From an uncultured Bacteroides sp. (GTDB taxonomy: Bacteria; Bacteroidota; Bacteroidia; Bacteroidales; Bacteroidaceae), in contig CAMOWU010000001.1 of assembly GCA_946628545.1 (NCBI GenBank), positions 13,319 to 77,318 of the forward strand: a stretch of DNA of 64,000 nucleotides, written 5' to 3'. The notes beneath the pieces are model-generated. The model saw nothing but the letters and a program-made list of their open reading frames with translations. It did no database searches and was not told the DNA's origin. The position numbers were made by a program, and so were the translations under genes. Positions 43,843 through 53,868 of this stretch are shown piece after piece; position 1 is the stretch's first letter; the number at the start of each line of letters is the position of its first letter.

Positions 43843-44718
43843 ATGTATGAACTGAAAAACGACTACCTCACCGTCTTGATTTCAGAGATCGGTGCAGAAC
43901 TGCAAAGCATCAAGGATGCCTCTGGTAAAGAATACTTATGGCAAGCCGACCCCAAGTTCTGGCCACGCCACTCTCCCATCCTCTTCCCCATCGTATGCAG
44001 TGTGAACGACGACACCTACCGTGTGGATGGCGAGGAGTACCACCTGCCACGCCACGGTTTCGCACGCGACCGCGAGTTTGAACTGACCTATCAGTTCGAC
44101 AATGAGATATCCTTCCAACTCCTTTGGGACGACGAGTCACTCAAAGTCTATCCCTATAAATTCGCCCTCAACGTCACATACCTGCTCGATGGCAACTCAC
44201 TCTACGTGGAATGGCAGGTAGATAATATCGACAAAAAGGAGATCCATTTCCAGATAGGCGGACACCCTGCTTTCAACATTCCCGACATGAAGGACGGCGA
44301 CACACAGACAGGACGGATCCGTCTCGATGCCTTGGCTCCTATCTACCGCTTCACCAGTTATATCGACGGCACGCACGACATGACCGAGGAAGTCGTGGAA
44401 ACGACCAAAGACGGAGTCATCAACTTCAATGACGAGACGTGGAGCAAGGATTCCATCCAGATCAACAACTCACAGACAGGAAAGGCTGAGATCCTCGACA
44501 AGGAGGGACATCCAGTCGTGACGGTCTTCTACGAGACACCTGTCTGCGCCTTCTGGAGTCCCTACAAGAAGAACGCGCCTTTCGTCTGCATCGAACCCTG
44601 GTACGGTGTGGGCGACCACCGAGGCTTCGACGGTGAGTTCCGCGACAAACCACTCATGAACCACCTTCTCCCTGGCGCTTCATTCTCCGGTCAATACCAG
44701 ATTGCAATAGGAGAATAA
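43843..44718 (+). CDS. Aldose 1-epimerase (galactose mutarotase-like, LacX/YihR-type) family protein
   Basis: The N-terminal region LTVLISEIGAELQSIKDASGKEYLWQADPKFWPRHSPILFPIVCSV...YHLPRHGFARDREFEL and the block GGHPAFN are typical of the family. Confidence 0.85.
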   Translation: MYELKNDYLTVLISEIGAELQSIKDASGKEYLWQADPKFWPRHSPILFPIVCSVNDDTYRVDGEEYHLPRHGFARDREFELTYQFDNEISFQLLWDDESLKVYPYKFALNVTYLLDGNSLYVEWQVDNIDKKEIHFQIGGHPAFNIPDMKDGDTQTGRIRLDALAPIYRFTSYIDGTHDMTEEVVETTKDGVINFNDETWSKDSIQINNSQTGKAEILDKEGHPVVTVFYETPVCAFWSPYKKNAPFVCIEPWYGVGDHRGFDGEFRDKPLMNHLLPGASFSGQYQIAIGE

Positions 44719-44751
44719 GTCTTGATGTAAAAGAGACTTGCACGCTTTTAA

Positions 44752-44794
44752 TCAAAAAAACTCGGACAAAACGCTAAAACTTGTTTTGCCCGAG
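44752..44794 (-). terminator. Hairpin terminator between convergent genes (T-tract on the minus strand)
   Basis: ctcggacaaaac-gctaaaactt-gttttgcccgag forms a 12-bp stem with one mismatch. It is preceded on the plus strand by aaaaaaa, which is a U-tract for the M16 protease transcript. Confidence 0.65.
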
Positions 44795-44843
44795 TTCTTC
44801 ATTTGCAACATCGTGAATCCGACGAATTGACGTTGATTTCCAA

Positions 44844-47663
44844 TCAAGGATGAACCGATGTTTCATCATCGGGTATCATCGTCACCTGAATGCGATGTTT
44901 GTAGGAAAGCAAGAGAGAGGCAAACTGACGAATATCCTCACAAGTGAGGCTCTCAATCAACTGTGGATAATCCTTGTTGAGATCCACCCCATTGATCAGT
45001 TCCTCATACTTCACCTGAGCCCAGTAATCATTGAGAACGATATACTGACCGTAGGTTTTCAACTCATACTTTTTCACCTTGTCGATATCTTCTGGTTTGG
45101 GGCCATTGATTGCCATAGAATCGAGCTGATTATAGATGATGGGTATCAGTTCCTCATATTTGTCAGGATCTGTACGGAAGTTGATGTGGAGCAAAGCCTC
45201 ATCCTTTGGATGCTTCTGCATCGATCCTTCCACACTCACTCCGTAAGTACCTCCTTTTTCCTCCCTCACCTTCTCAGTATATACCATACGCATAATTTGG
45301 CAAAGTACGCTGAGTTTCAAGTCGTTGAGCGATGTATATTCAATGGGGGCAGTGAAATAGATATTCGTCAACGCCGACGGTGTGGCCTGATGCTTTTGGA
45401 AAGTATGCACTTCATCCACAGGCCTTATATCTGTATGCCTGTCAATAATGCTCTCCTTCACATGCTTTGCTGGCAGGCTTGCCAAGTACCGGCAAATCAT
45501 CTTCCTAAACACCTCGAAATCGATATTACCCGTGAAGATGACATTGAAATCGCTGGCATCGGAGAAACGTTCCTTGTAAATCTGCATGATTCGGTCGAGA
45601 CTCACTTGAGGCAGATCCTCTATTTTCACGGGTTTCATACGTGGATGATGTCCATATACAATAGCCGTGATGCTGTCGTTGTACGACACGTTGGGATTGG
45701 CATCCCTGTTCTTCAGAAAATCGCGCTGGCGGTTCATCAGACTCTCAAATGCCTGATTATCGCGGCGGGGAGATGTGAAATAGAGATAGACAAGCTGCAT
45801 CATCGTCTCGAAATCCTTGACGGAGCAATTTCCGTTCATGCCCTCAGTCTCATCACCTACGAAAGAATTGACACGAGCGGTTTTGCCTGCAAGCATATTG
45901 TCAAGTGTGGCATCATCGAAGCGGTCCACGCCAGAGGCTCTCATCACCCCTGAAAGGTAAGACATTGATGGCACATCCTCATCGGGATAGATGCTCTGAC
46001 CTCCCAAGGAGAACATGCTCATCGAGATATTGTCAGCCTCGAAATCCGTGCTACGAGCATATACATGCATACCATTGGAAAGCACGAATTCCCGATAGCC
46101 ATTAGTAACATCCTGCTCACTGACAATCGTTCCACTCTTTGGCAGTTTCTTCATCAATGCTGTTGGAATCTTCGTTTTCTTAGGAGCTTTGTACTTCTGT
46201 GCCTGAACCTCCAATATGGCTTTCTCCACCTCCTCATTGGTAGGCAACTTGAATCCGTCCTTGTCCGGGCCATAGAGTGTCACCACCTGATTCTTGTCCG
46301 TGATAAGTTCTTTCACTGTGGCATTGATGTCGGCGAGTGTGACCGTCTTATGCAGTTTTCTGACCAGATTGAGTTCGTCTTCTGCCGAAAGCATGGGTTC
46401 GTTTTCCAAAAAATTCTGCAAGCACATACGCACGTATGTTCCGTTGCGTTTCTTGTCGCGTTCAGCGTAATCACTCTCTGCCCATCTGAGCAACTCCGCC
46501 TTTGCGATGTCGATCTCAGACTGAGTCAAGCCATGCTGGCGCACACGTTCAAGTGTAGAGACAAGGGCTTTAATACTGCCAAGCACATCCTCCTGTTTGC
46601 AAGAACAGAAACCAGAGATGGCATCTTTTGTGGTGGAGAGATAGAACGATCCATCGCGCATGGACCCCGAGATGAATGGAGGATTGGACTGGTCGGTGAG
46701 AACACTTAAACGGTCATTCACAGCCTGACGGATAATGTCGCTCTTATAGCCATCTGCATAATACTCCTCTTGGTCGCGTTGCTCGCGTGGAGTGGCGTCA
46801 CGCTTCATATAGAGGGTGAAGAGGGTGATGGGCTGCTCGGCATCCTGCTGCTGATAGACAATCATACGGTCGTTGTCGTTCACAGGGTAGTATATACGCT
46901 CTGCGGGATTCACAGGTGCTGGGATATCGCTGAAAACCTTCTTGATTTTCTGTTCAATCTCATCCACATCTATATCTCCAACCACGATAATGGCCTGCAG
47001 GTCTGGACGATACCATTTCTGATAATAGTCGCGCAAGTCTTGATAAGGGAAATGATCGACGATGTCCATCGACCCGATAGGCAGACAGTCCTCATACTTC
47101 GTACCTTTATAGACAATAGGTGTGGCATCTTCCATCATGCGTTGCATGGCCATTCCAGCTCGCCGTGTACGCCATTCCTCATGAATGACACCGCGTTCCT
47201 TGTCGATTTCCTCATCCTGCAAGAGCAAGAAGTGGCTCCAGTCGTGAAGAATCAGCAGACACGTATCTGTAACACCTTCCTTGTTGACTGGCGCTGAAGA
47301 GATATTGTAAACCGTCTGGTCCACGCTGGTGTAGGCATTGAGGTTCGTGCCGAACTTGATCCCCTTCGACTCGCACCATTCCCGAAGCCCTCCTTTTTCA
47401 GCCCCGGGAAAGTTCACAGTGCCATTGAAAGCCATGTGTTCCAGGAAATGGGCCAGACCACGCTGACGCGGCTCTTCAAGAATGGAACCCACACGCTGGG
47501 CGATGTAGAATTCCGCCACATCAGGCATCTGATGATTATGTCGGATGTAATATGTCAAACCATTGCTGAGTGTTCCTTTACGCACAGAGGCATCCTGCGG
47601 CAGAGTCTGCGCGGATGCCAATGTGGCGATAAGTATCAGCAATGAGGAAAAAAGTTTTCTCAT
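44844..47663 (-). CDS. M16 family (insulinase/pitrilysin-like) zinc metallopeptidase, PqqL/FusC-size, periplasmic
   Basis: 939 aa with the signal peptide MRKLFSSLLILIATLASAQ. The inverted zinc motif HxxEH occurs in GLAHFLEHMAFNGT. The size is consistent with a four-domain clam-shell protease. Confidence 0.9.
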   Translation of the reverse strand: MRKLFSSLLILIATLASAQTLPQDASVRKGTLSNGLTYYIRHNHQMPDVAEFYIAQRVGSILEEPRQRGLAHFLEHMAFNGTVNFPGAEKGGLREWCESKGIKFGTNLNAYTSVDQTVYNISSAPVNKEGVTDTCLLILHDWSHFLLLQDEEIDKERGVIHEEWRTRRAGMAMQRMMEDATPIVYKGTKYEDCLPIGSMDIVDHFPYQDLRDYYQKWYRPDLQAIIVVGDIDVDEIEQKIKKVFSDIPAPVNPAERIYYPVNDNDRMIVYQQQDAEQPITLFTLYMKRDATPREQRDQEEYYADGYKSDIIRQAVNDRLSVLTDQSNPPFISGSMRDGSFYLSTTKDAISGFCSCKQEDVLGSIKALVSTLERVRQHGLTQSEIDIAKAELLRWAESDYAERDKKRNGTYVRMCLQNFLENEPMLSAEDELNLVRKLHKTVTLADINATVKELITDKNQVVTLYGPDKDGFKLPTNEEVEKAILEVQAQKYKAPKKTKIPTALMKKLPKSGTIVSEQDVTNGYREFVLSNGMHVYARSTDFEADNISMSMFSLGGQSIYPDEDVPSMSYLSGVMRASGVDRFDDATLDNMLAGKTARVNSFVGDETEGMNGNCSVKDFETMMQLVYLYFTSPRRDNQAFESLMNRQRDFLKNRDANPNVSYNDSITAIVYGHHPRMKPVKIEDLPQVSLDRIMQIYKERFSDASDFNVIFTGNIDFEVFRKMICRYLASLPAKHVKESIIDRHTDIRPVDEVHTFQKHQATPSALTNIYFTAPIEYTSLNDLKLSVLCQIMRMVYTEKVREEKGGTYGVSVEGSMQKHPKDEALLHINFRTDPDKYEELIPIIYNQLDSMAINGPKPEDIDKVKKYELKTYGQYIVLNDYWAQVKYEELINGVDLNKDYPQLIESLTCEDIRQFASLLLSYKHRIQVTMIPDDETSVHP

Positions 47664-47688
47664 GCTTCTGAAATGTGATTAAATGATA

Positions 47689-48927
47689 CTATTTGAAAAG
47701 TGAAGCCTGTGCATCGCTCTCGAAGTCGTTTGTAGAGTTGTTGGTGTCAATCCATTTACCACCGTCCTTCTTGCGGATTACTGATTTGCCATAGCGGTTC
47801 TGGTCATGGTCAACACTACCGCAGTGAGCCCATCCTGCATCAAGGGATGAAGCGGTCACATTCCATTGGTAACTGTCCTCAACAGAAAGGTTCACAGCGT
47901 CCACAATCCATGAATTAGGCAGTTTGTAGCACTCTGTGTCCATATCGAACGAATACTCACCGAAAGTGAACACATAGGTAGCAGTGTAGAGATAGTCCTT
48001 GACAAAGGTCTCCATGTCGCATTCAGGCTTAGCAAGTGCGTATGCCTTGAAACCGCGGTTGTGGAATCCAAAGTAACTATAGGAATAGTCGTACCAGTTC
48101 ATCAGATCAGGCACATTTGGATTCTGTTCGTCCTGGAAGTCGGGATTCTCTGCGTCATCGTAGAACTCAAAGTCGGCCTTGGAGAGGTCAAACGAGTTGG
48201 CGTTGAATTCCCTGTGGTCTTTGGCGTTCACTGCGACCAGAATTTCCTTGCCTGCCTCAAGTGGATAGTCCTTACCGCTACCTGGGAACAGATAGATGGC
48301 GTCGATTGACATCGCCTCGTTCATGAGGTCGGGTGTGTAGTCCTGCTTGTCGGTAGTGAGGAACTCTGACTCCACGATAGCCAATCCGTCAAGATAAAGT
48401 GTGGAGTCGCTGTTATTGGCAATCTTGATGTACTGGTCGTCGCTGTACTGCTTGCCTTCAGGGGTGAGTGTACCAGTAAAGAAGATTTCAGAAATCACGA
48501 AGCCCTCTTTGGCATTGTAGGTGACAAGTGCCATCGCGCTCTTGCTCTCTATTGTGGCGCTATAGTTCACAGGGACGTTCTCCTGAGTGGATTTCACATT
48601 GTTGCTCACTTTGGTGCCGTCAAGCATATAAGACACCTTACCGCGTACGTTGACAGAATAGATACCCTGTGGTACAGTCACCGTATCCACATACTCGTCG
48701 TTGACAAGCACGAACTGGCTGGAGGTGTATTCCTTGCCGTTCTCGTTGTTGGTCATTGTGACGGTAGCATCGTCAACAGTGACATCCTGAAGTCCCATCG
48801 GCACTGTGAGTTTGACCACATGGTTCACCATGGGAATCTCATTGTCGTCATCATCATCACATGCAACAAAGCTTGCGCCTATTGCACTCATTGCCAGCAT
48901 TGTGGCAAAAAACTTGAATTTGTTCAT
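47689..48927 (-). CDS. Surface/periplasmic lipoprotein with lamin-tail-domain-like module (DUF4876-like, from memory)
   Basis: The lipobox is AIGASFVACDDDDDNE. An N-terminal Ig-like domain is followed by an LTD-like block: FVISEIFFTGT...DQYIKIANNSDSTLYLDGLAIVESEF. Confidence 0.55.
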   Translation of the reverse strand: MNKFKFFATMLAMSAIGASFVACDDDDDNEIPMVNHVVKLTVPMGLQDVTVDDATVTMTNNENGKEYTSSQFVLVNDEYVDTVTVPQGIYSVNVRGKVSYMLDGTKVSNNVKSTQENVPVNYSATIESKSAMALVTYNAKEGFVISEIFFTGTLTPEGKQYSDDQYIKIANNSDSTLYLDGLAIVESEFLTTDKQDYTPDLMNEAMSIDAIYLFPGSGKDYPLEAGKEILVAVNAKDHREFNANSFDLSKADFEFYDDAENPDFQDEQNPNVPDLMNWYDYSYSYFGFHNRGFKAYALAKPECDMETFVKDYLYTATYVFTFGEYSFDMDTECYKLPNSWIVDAVNLSVEDSYQWNVTASSLDAGWAHCGSVDHDQNRYGKSVIRKKDGGKWIDTNNSTNDFESDAQASLFK

Positions 48928-48973
48928 CTTTTACTTTGTTTTGGATATTGGATATTATTAGTTGTTGATATGG

Positions 48974-50545
48974 TCAGAAAGTCAATCCTAATGCCAAGCG
49001 GACTGTAGCGGCATTGTCGGAATAAGTGGAATGGACAAGCCCTGCGTCAAGTCTGCCGAACAGGGCGTAACCGCCCCATCCCTTTGGTTGGTAGTCTGCT
49101 CTGAAGCCCAAATCGCAGGTCACGAAATCGGCAGCAGACGAAGCGGTAAGATAGTCAACCATATATCGGTTATTGCTGTCCATCAAGCCGTATGGCATCA
49201 CCGTCTTGTCATTTGTATTCTTGAAGTAAGAGGCAGAAAGCGATGTGGCAATCAGCCATCTGTCGAACGGAATGAGAAGTTGTGACCTAAGGGAACCATA
49301 AATCTTGTCAAAACTGAATTTCCGCTCTGGATAGACATAGCGCGACCAATAGTCTTGATAGCCCAGCTGGCACTCAGCAGTCAGCCTGTTCTTCAGGCCT
49401 GTTCTCATGGCAAAACCAAGGTAGAGGTCTGTCAACCTGTTCTTATACATCGTTAGATGACCCATCTCGTCATATTCCGTAGAAGAGGAACTACCAGCAA
49501 TCAGTTCGTCTCCCTGACGCCATTGCAAATCAGCTCCTGCGAATGCCCTCCAACCCATCCTTTCTGATTCATCCTTCCATCCCATCCTCGAGGTCATTCT
49601 GGTCACATAGAGCTTAGAGATGGGCATGGAGTTGAGCGTCGTGAGAATACGCTGAACAGGAAGGTCAGAGAGTTCCGTATCCACGAAACAGCCCTGCTTG
49701 CCCTTAGGCATGAGATTGACTGACGCTATCCATCCTGTGGATTTATAGTAGGCATCCCGGTTAGCACCTCGGAATCGTTTATAATCGCTGCCAAGTCCCG
49801 TCATCTGGTATTCCGCTATCACTCCACTTTCTTTGTAGAAATCCACGTCGTTGGTCTGTTTATAGAAACGCCCTCCAACTGCGACACCTACAGTATATTC
49901 TGGAAGCACGTATGCAACGCCAAGCCTCAGGGTCATGTCGGTGACGATGCCCCGTGGACGCGGGTCGGTGGAGCGGTATTCATGCTCAGCCCTGAAATCC
50001 AGCTCCTCTCCAATCACAAACTGCCCAAGTCTTGTGGCGCATCCTCCATTGAAGGCGTAGCGCTCGTTTTGCATTTCACCCCCTAAAGTATCGGCCAGGA
50101 CATAAGGGTAGAGCAAAGCATAATCGGATGTCTCGCACCAACGGATATCGTTCTTTTTGCCTGCCTGATAGGATGCAGCCCCCCAGATTGTATTGCGTTT
50201 GCCAAGGGGCATAAAGGTGGATGCCTCTGCCCCATAAATCGTTCTGCCAGAACCTTCCTGTAGAGCGATAGGCTTGTCCAAACCAGTCCGCTGCCAATAG
50301 ACTTGAATCTGAGACAATCCTGTTGCATATCTATCAGATTGAACAGCAGGGTTGCCATTTCTCTCATAAGAAATCTGCTTCCACAAATCAACATGTTCCA
50401 TCGTACGAGAGAGGAAGGCCTCCCTGCTTGATGAATCCAAAGAATCATTGCCGTTCAACTTGGCAGTATCAGTCTGAGCCATTGCGGCGACATGGATAGC
50501 GGTAGCCATGACCACAGCAATCATCAAATTCATCATCCTTCTCAT
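48974..50545 (-). CDS. Putative outer-membrane beta-barrel protein (DUF6850-like, from memory)
   Basis: 523 aa with a signal peptide ending VAAMAQ. It has alternating beta-strand composition and a C-terminal beta-signal ...VRLALGLTF. Its start overlaps the upstream stop (ATGA). Confidence 0.55.
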   Translation of the reverse strand: MRRMMNLMIAVVMATAIHVAAMAQTDTAKLNGNDSLDSSSREAFLSRTMEHVDLWKQISYERNGNPAVQSDRYATGLSQIQVYWQRTGLDKPIALQEGSGRTIYGAEASTFMPLGKRNTIWGAASYQAGKKNDIRWCETSDYALLYPYVLADTLGGEMQNERYAFNGGCATRLGQFVIGEELDFRAEHEYRSTDPRPRGIVTDMTLRLGVAYVLPEYTVGVAVGGRFYKQTNDVDFYKESGVIAEYQMTGLGSDYKRFRGANRDAYYKSTGWIASVNLMPKGKQGCFVDTELSDLPVQRILTTLNSMPISKLYVTRMTSRMGWKDESERMGWRAFAGADLQWRQGDELIAGSSSSTEYDEMGHLTMYKNRLTDLYLGFAMRTGLKNRLTAECQLGYQDYWSRYVYPERKFSFDKIYGSLRSQLLIPFDRWLIATSLSASYFKNTNDKTVMPYGLMDSNNRYMVDYLTASSAADFVTCDLGFRADYQPKGWGGYALFGRLDAGLVHSTYSDNAATVRLALGLTF

Positions 50546-50922
50546 GACATCAACAATATTGAAAGTTTGACGACTGAAGGGTGACGGAGAAACTCGCAGT
50601 AATTTTCCGATGCCCTGAACTGATGTATAGTGGAACTACCATCAGTATGGCGCAAACTGATAGTACCCTCCACCGCAACGGAATAAGGGCCTCTCATCAC
50701 CTCAATAGTGGTGAAATTCCCCTCAAAGGTGGATGAGGAGAAGGATTGCCCATTGCTGAGGTTGGTCACAGTGACTGTTCCCTGCACTTTCTCCACAGTG
50801 CAGGTATCGCCAGCGGTTAACTGCACTTGTGCGACTGTGAAGAAGTCGTCGTAGTCCTTGTGGCAAGACCATGCGGCAGCCAGCAACGTCAAAACCAAGA
50901 TGATATACAATAGTCTCTTCAT
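50542..50922 (-). CDS. Small lipoprotein (126 aa), paralogous to the N-terminal domain of the 47689..48927 product
   Basis: The lipoprotein signal is MKRLLYIILVLTLLAAAWSC. GTVTVTNLSNGQSFSSSTFEGNFTTIEVMRGPYSVAVEGTISL aligns by eye with ATVTMTNNENGKEYTSSQFVLVNDEYVDTVTVPQGIYSVNVRGKVSY. Confidence 0.55.
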   Translation of the reverse strand: MKRLLYIILVLTLLAAAWSCHKDYDDFFTVAQVQLTAGDTCTVEKVQGTVTVTNLSNGQSFSSSTFEGNFTTIEVMRGPYSVAVEGTISLRHTDGSSTIHQFRASENYCEFLRHPSVVKLSILLMS

Positions 50923-50940
50923 GTGATTTACCTCCATTAT

Positions 50941-53694
50941 TTATAACCTCACATTGGCTTCAAGTCCGAAATATGGCGTGACATAACGCCTGATGCGGTA
51001 GTCGTTGCGTACATAAGACGGATGGATATCAAGCAATTTATTGACAAACAGCGCCAAAGTGAGTCGGTCGCCAAGAAGTTTCTTTGTGGCCTTGAAGTTC
51101 AGGTTCATATAGAATGGCACAGTCTGGCGTTCATAAAGTGATGAGTTGTAGCTGCGCACCAGGAATTGCTTGTAGATGTCCTCGAGATCAGCCTCAGTAA
51201 AGTCATGAACCGTCCCATATCGGTCGATGTATTGATCAGGGACATTCTGTTTGGGCATGCTTTGCGAGGCTGTCTGCCACATACACTGGGCTGAGAGCGA
51301 GAATCCGAGTTTCAGTCGGGGAATGTCGGTGTCGAAAGTGAAATTGGTGTTCCACATCTCACGGATATACCCATCATCATCCTTATAGATGCCGGCATAA
51401 TGGAGACGTTCACCAGCCACCATACGCGATGGTATTTCAGTCACTGACATGGAATTCTGATACTGCGTCTTGAAATAGGCGCCAGTGACGGTCAGACGGG
51501 TGTTGATGACTGGGATACGGGCGGAAGAGAAGGTGTATTCCCATCCCTTCTTGAGCGTGCGGCTTCCATTCTGGGTGGTTGCGTAGCCATTGAGCTCATC
51601 TATCAGTTCATATTCAAGCGTTGAAGGGTCTGGAATGCTTGTGATGGCATTGTGGTCAATGGATGAAGTGTCGTATTTCTTGTAAGGATAGTCTCCATAG
51701 ATGCCCATGCTTCTGAATCCCGATTTCATGTCTTCTTGGAAATAGGTGACAGACAAACGGTTTCCTCTGTATGACACATCAGCCCGCACCTCCCATTTCT
51801 TATTTCTTGCAGCATGGAGCCTGAAGTTTGTGGGGTCAACGATATATGTCTGCAAGTAGATTCCCCTGTAGTCTTTCACCGTGTGCCAGTAGTTCATCTC
51901 CACAAGGTCGATGTAGGTGAGTTCCGGGTATAATTGGTCAATGGTGGGGAATTTGGTGTGCATGCCGTATCCTCCACCAAGCATCACGCTCAGTTCGTGG
52001 TCATTGATTCTGATACCGGGGAATGTCCACCCAAGATTGACACGCGGGTCGAGATACCATTTTCCGTTCAACTCGTAGCGAGCATCAAGATGAAGCATGG
52101 TGGTGGCCCTAAGTCCAGCCTCGATGTCGAACTTATGCCGCCCGAAATGGATGCCGAGGCGTTCTTCCAAGTATTCAGATAGCGACTGCTCTGAAGGAAT
52201 GTCAGAATACTTGCGTTGGCGGGCGGAAATGCCTGGATAAAGCGGATTGGCAGGATTGAAAATCTGTCCGTCGCCAAGGTTCTTGTCCAACTGCCAGTCG
52301 ATGCCGACTTTCGTCTTGTTGCTGACTGTCTTCAAAGGGAAAGAGAGGACGGCATTTGCCTTGGCATAGAGGTTGAGCGGTTTTCCATCCACTTTATGAG
52401 TGGCGGTGTAAGTGTAAGGGGTGATTAGCATGGCCCAGTTCTCGCCTTCGGTCTTGGAGGTGGCTGCCGGTGTTTCCCTGTCGAGTTGTACCAGTCGAGT
52501 TCGCTCTGTCACATCGCGCTCGTAGGCAGTAGAGAACAATAGGTTCCACGACTTGAAGAGTGACCGTTCCTTCTTGTTGTCCATATCCAATGAAAGGTCG
52601 ATGGCATATCGGCTATAGTCAGATTTATACTTATCGACACCTCCGTAGTTGAGTTCAGGGTCGATGTCATCATCATCGAAACTTCCTGAATAGTCAAGAT
52701 TAGCGCCAAAATGATATTGGTGTGAATTTCTATTCCATTGCTTGTTGTAGCGCGAAGAGACGGTGACTCGCTTATAGGTTTCCAATAGATTGCGTGGATC
52801 AGCCTTACTGTCGAGATAATCCACACTCAGGTTGAGCGACGACTGGGATTTAGTCCACTCGATACCTTTCGCCACGTAAAAGAGCTTGCTCTCCATATCG
52901 GCTTTGAAACGTGCAGAGATATCGTTTCCTCCCCTTCGACGATTGATTTTGACCAAACCACTGGTAAGGTCTCCATATTCCACAGAAGGGATTCCCCTGA
53001 CAATCTCAATATCATTGATGTCGTCGGTGGAGATGGTGCGCATATCTACCCCGGCATTGGTGAAGTCACGGTAAGTGGTGGTGATATCCCACGCTCCGTC
53101 CACGAACTGCATGTTGGCGTTTGTGCTCCGTGGTGCTCCATCGATGACAAAGCGGGTGCCAAGCGACGATGTATTGTATTGGCTGCTGGAGATACCAGCC
53201 TCACGCAGGGAAATGATATTGGGAGTGCTGAGTGCGGGATCGTGCGCCATTCCTCCGGGAAGCAGTTCAAGCACATCGGCGAAACTCGATGGCTGCAGAT
53301 GCTCCATGGCATGTTTCTCTATTTTAGAACTACTTCCGAGCCCTTTTGATTCAGTTGCTGTGACCACGACATCGTTGAGCAACTTATTGTCGAACCTCAT
53401 CTTGTAGATGGCGTTGTCGGAAAGCGATACAATCAGCGTATCATAACCGATATAGGTTATGACTGCTCTTGCATCAAAATTGGCTGGGACAGATACGGTA
53501 AATCTTCCTTCAGAGTCAGTGACAGTCCCCATGGCCTTGTTTTCCAGCAACTGGACAACGGCTCCTTGCAATGGTTCAGTATTCTTGCTATCAACCACCT
53601 TGCATTTATAGATGTGCTGGGCTTTGATATTGCATGGGAGACAAATCAAAATCAACAGAATATATCGCAATAAACTCTCCATTAAAATCGTCAT
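50941..53694 (-). CDS. TonB-dependent receptor with N-terminal carboxypeptidase-regulatory-like domain
   Basis: 917 aa. The CarboxypepD_reg-like start is YKCKVVDSKNTEPLQGAVVQLLENKAMGTVTDSEGRFTV. A plug region follows (VVVTATESKGLGSSSKIEKHAMEHL...DVLELLPGGM, IEIVRGIPSVEYGD), then a long barrel. No SusD-like gene follows. Confidence 0.85.
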   Translation of the reverse strand: MTILMESLLRYILLILICLPCNIKAQHIYKCKVVDSKNTEPLQGAVVQLLENKAMGTVTDSEGRFTVSVPANFDARAVITYIGYDTLIVSLSDNAIYKMRFDNKLLNDVVVTATESKGLGSSSKIEKHAMEHLQPSSFADVLELLPGGMAHDPALSTPNIISLREAGISSSQYNTSSLGTRFVIDGAPRSTNANMQFVDGAWDITTTYRDFTNAGVDMRTISTDDINDIEIVRGIPSVEYGDLTSGLVKINRRRGGNDISARFKADMESKLFYVAKGIEWTKSQSSLNLSVDYLDSKADPRNLLETYKRVTVSSRYNKQWNRNSHQYHFGANLDYSGSFDDDDIDPELNYGGVDKYKSDYSRYAIDLSLDMDNKKERSLFKSWNLLFSTAYERDVTERTRLVQLDRETPAATSKTEGENWAMLITPYTYTATHKVDGKPLNLYAKANAVLSFPLKTVSNKTKVGIDWQLDKNLGDGQIFNPANPLYPGISARQRKYSDIPSEQSLSEYLEERLGIHFGRHKFDIEAGLRATTMLHLDARYELNGKWYLDPRVNLGWTFPGIRINDHELSVMLGGGYGMHTKFPTIDQLYPELTYIDLVEMNYWHTVKDYRGIYLQTYIVDPTNFRLHAARNKKWEVRADVSYRGNRLSVTYFQEDMKSGFRSMGIYGDYPYKKYDTSSIDHNAITSIPDPSTLEYELIDELNGYATTQNGSRTLKKGWEYTFSSARIPVINTRLTVTGAYFKTQYQNSMSVTEIPSRMVAGERLHYAGIYKDDDGYIREMWNTNFTFDTDIPRLKLGFSLSAQCMWQTASQSMPKQNVPDQYIDRYGTVHDFTEADLEDIYKQFLVRSYNSSLYERQTVPFYMNLNFKATKKLLGDRLTLALFVNKLLDIHPSYVRNDYRIRRYVTPYFGLEANVRL

Positions 53695-53710
53695 TCACAG
53701 AAATGCGATG

Positions 53711-53718
53711 CAAAATTA
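53711..53718 (-). promoter_or_regulatory. Bacteroidota -7 promoter box (TAATTTTG) for the TonB-receptor cluster
   Basis: The plus-strand caaaatta is TAATTTTG on the minus strand, about 17 nt upstream of ATG 53694. Confidence 0.4.
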
Positions 53719-53791
53719 AAGGATTTTCATTGTTGGCACAATACTCAAATATGATGATTTATGTCATGCGAGTAGGTATCAGATAATGACA

Positions 53792-53847
53792 AAAAACATG
53801 ATAGCGCTTGCAAAATGTCATTCTTACAGCATTTCGCAAGCGCTATC
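53792..53847 (-). terminator. Intrinsic terminator after the PL11 lyase gene
   Basis: The arms are gatagcgcttgc (53800-53811) and gcaagcgctatc (53836-53847). On the minus strand the hairpin is followed by a tttttt tract. Confidence 0.7.
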
Positions 53848-53868
53848 ACGGTATCTCGTCACCAACTA

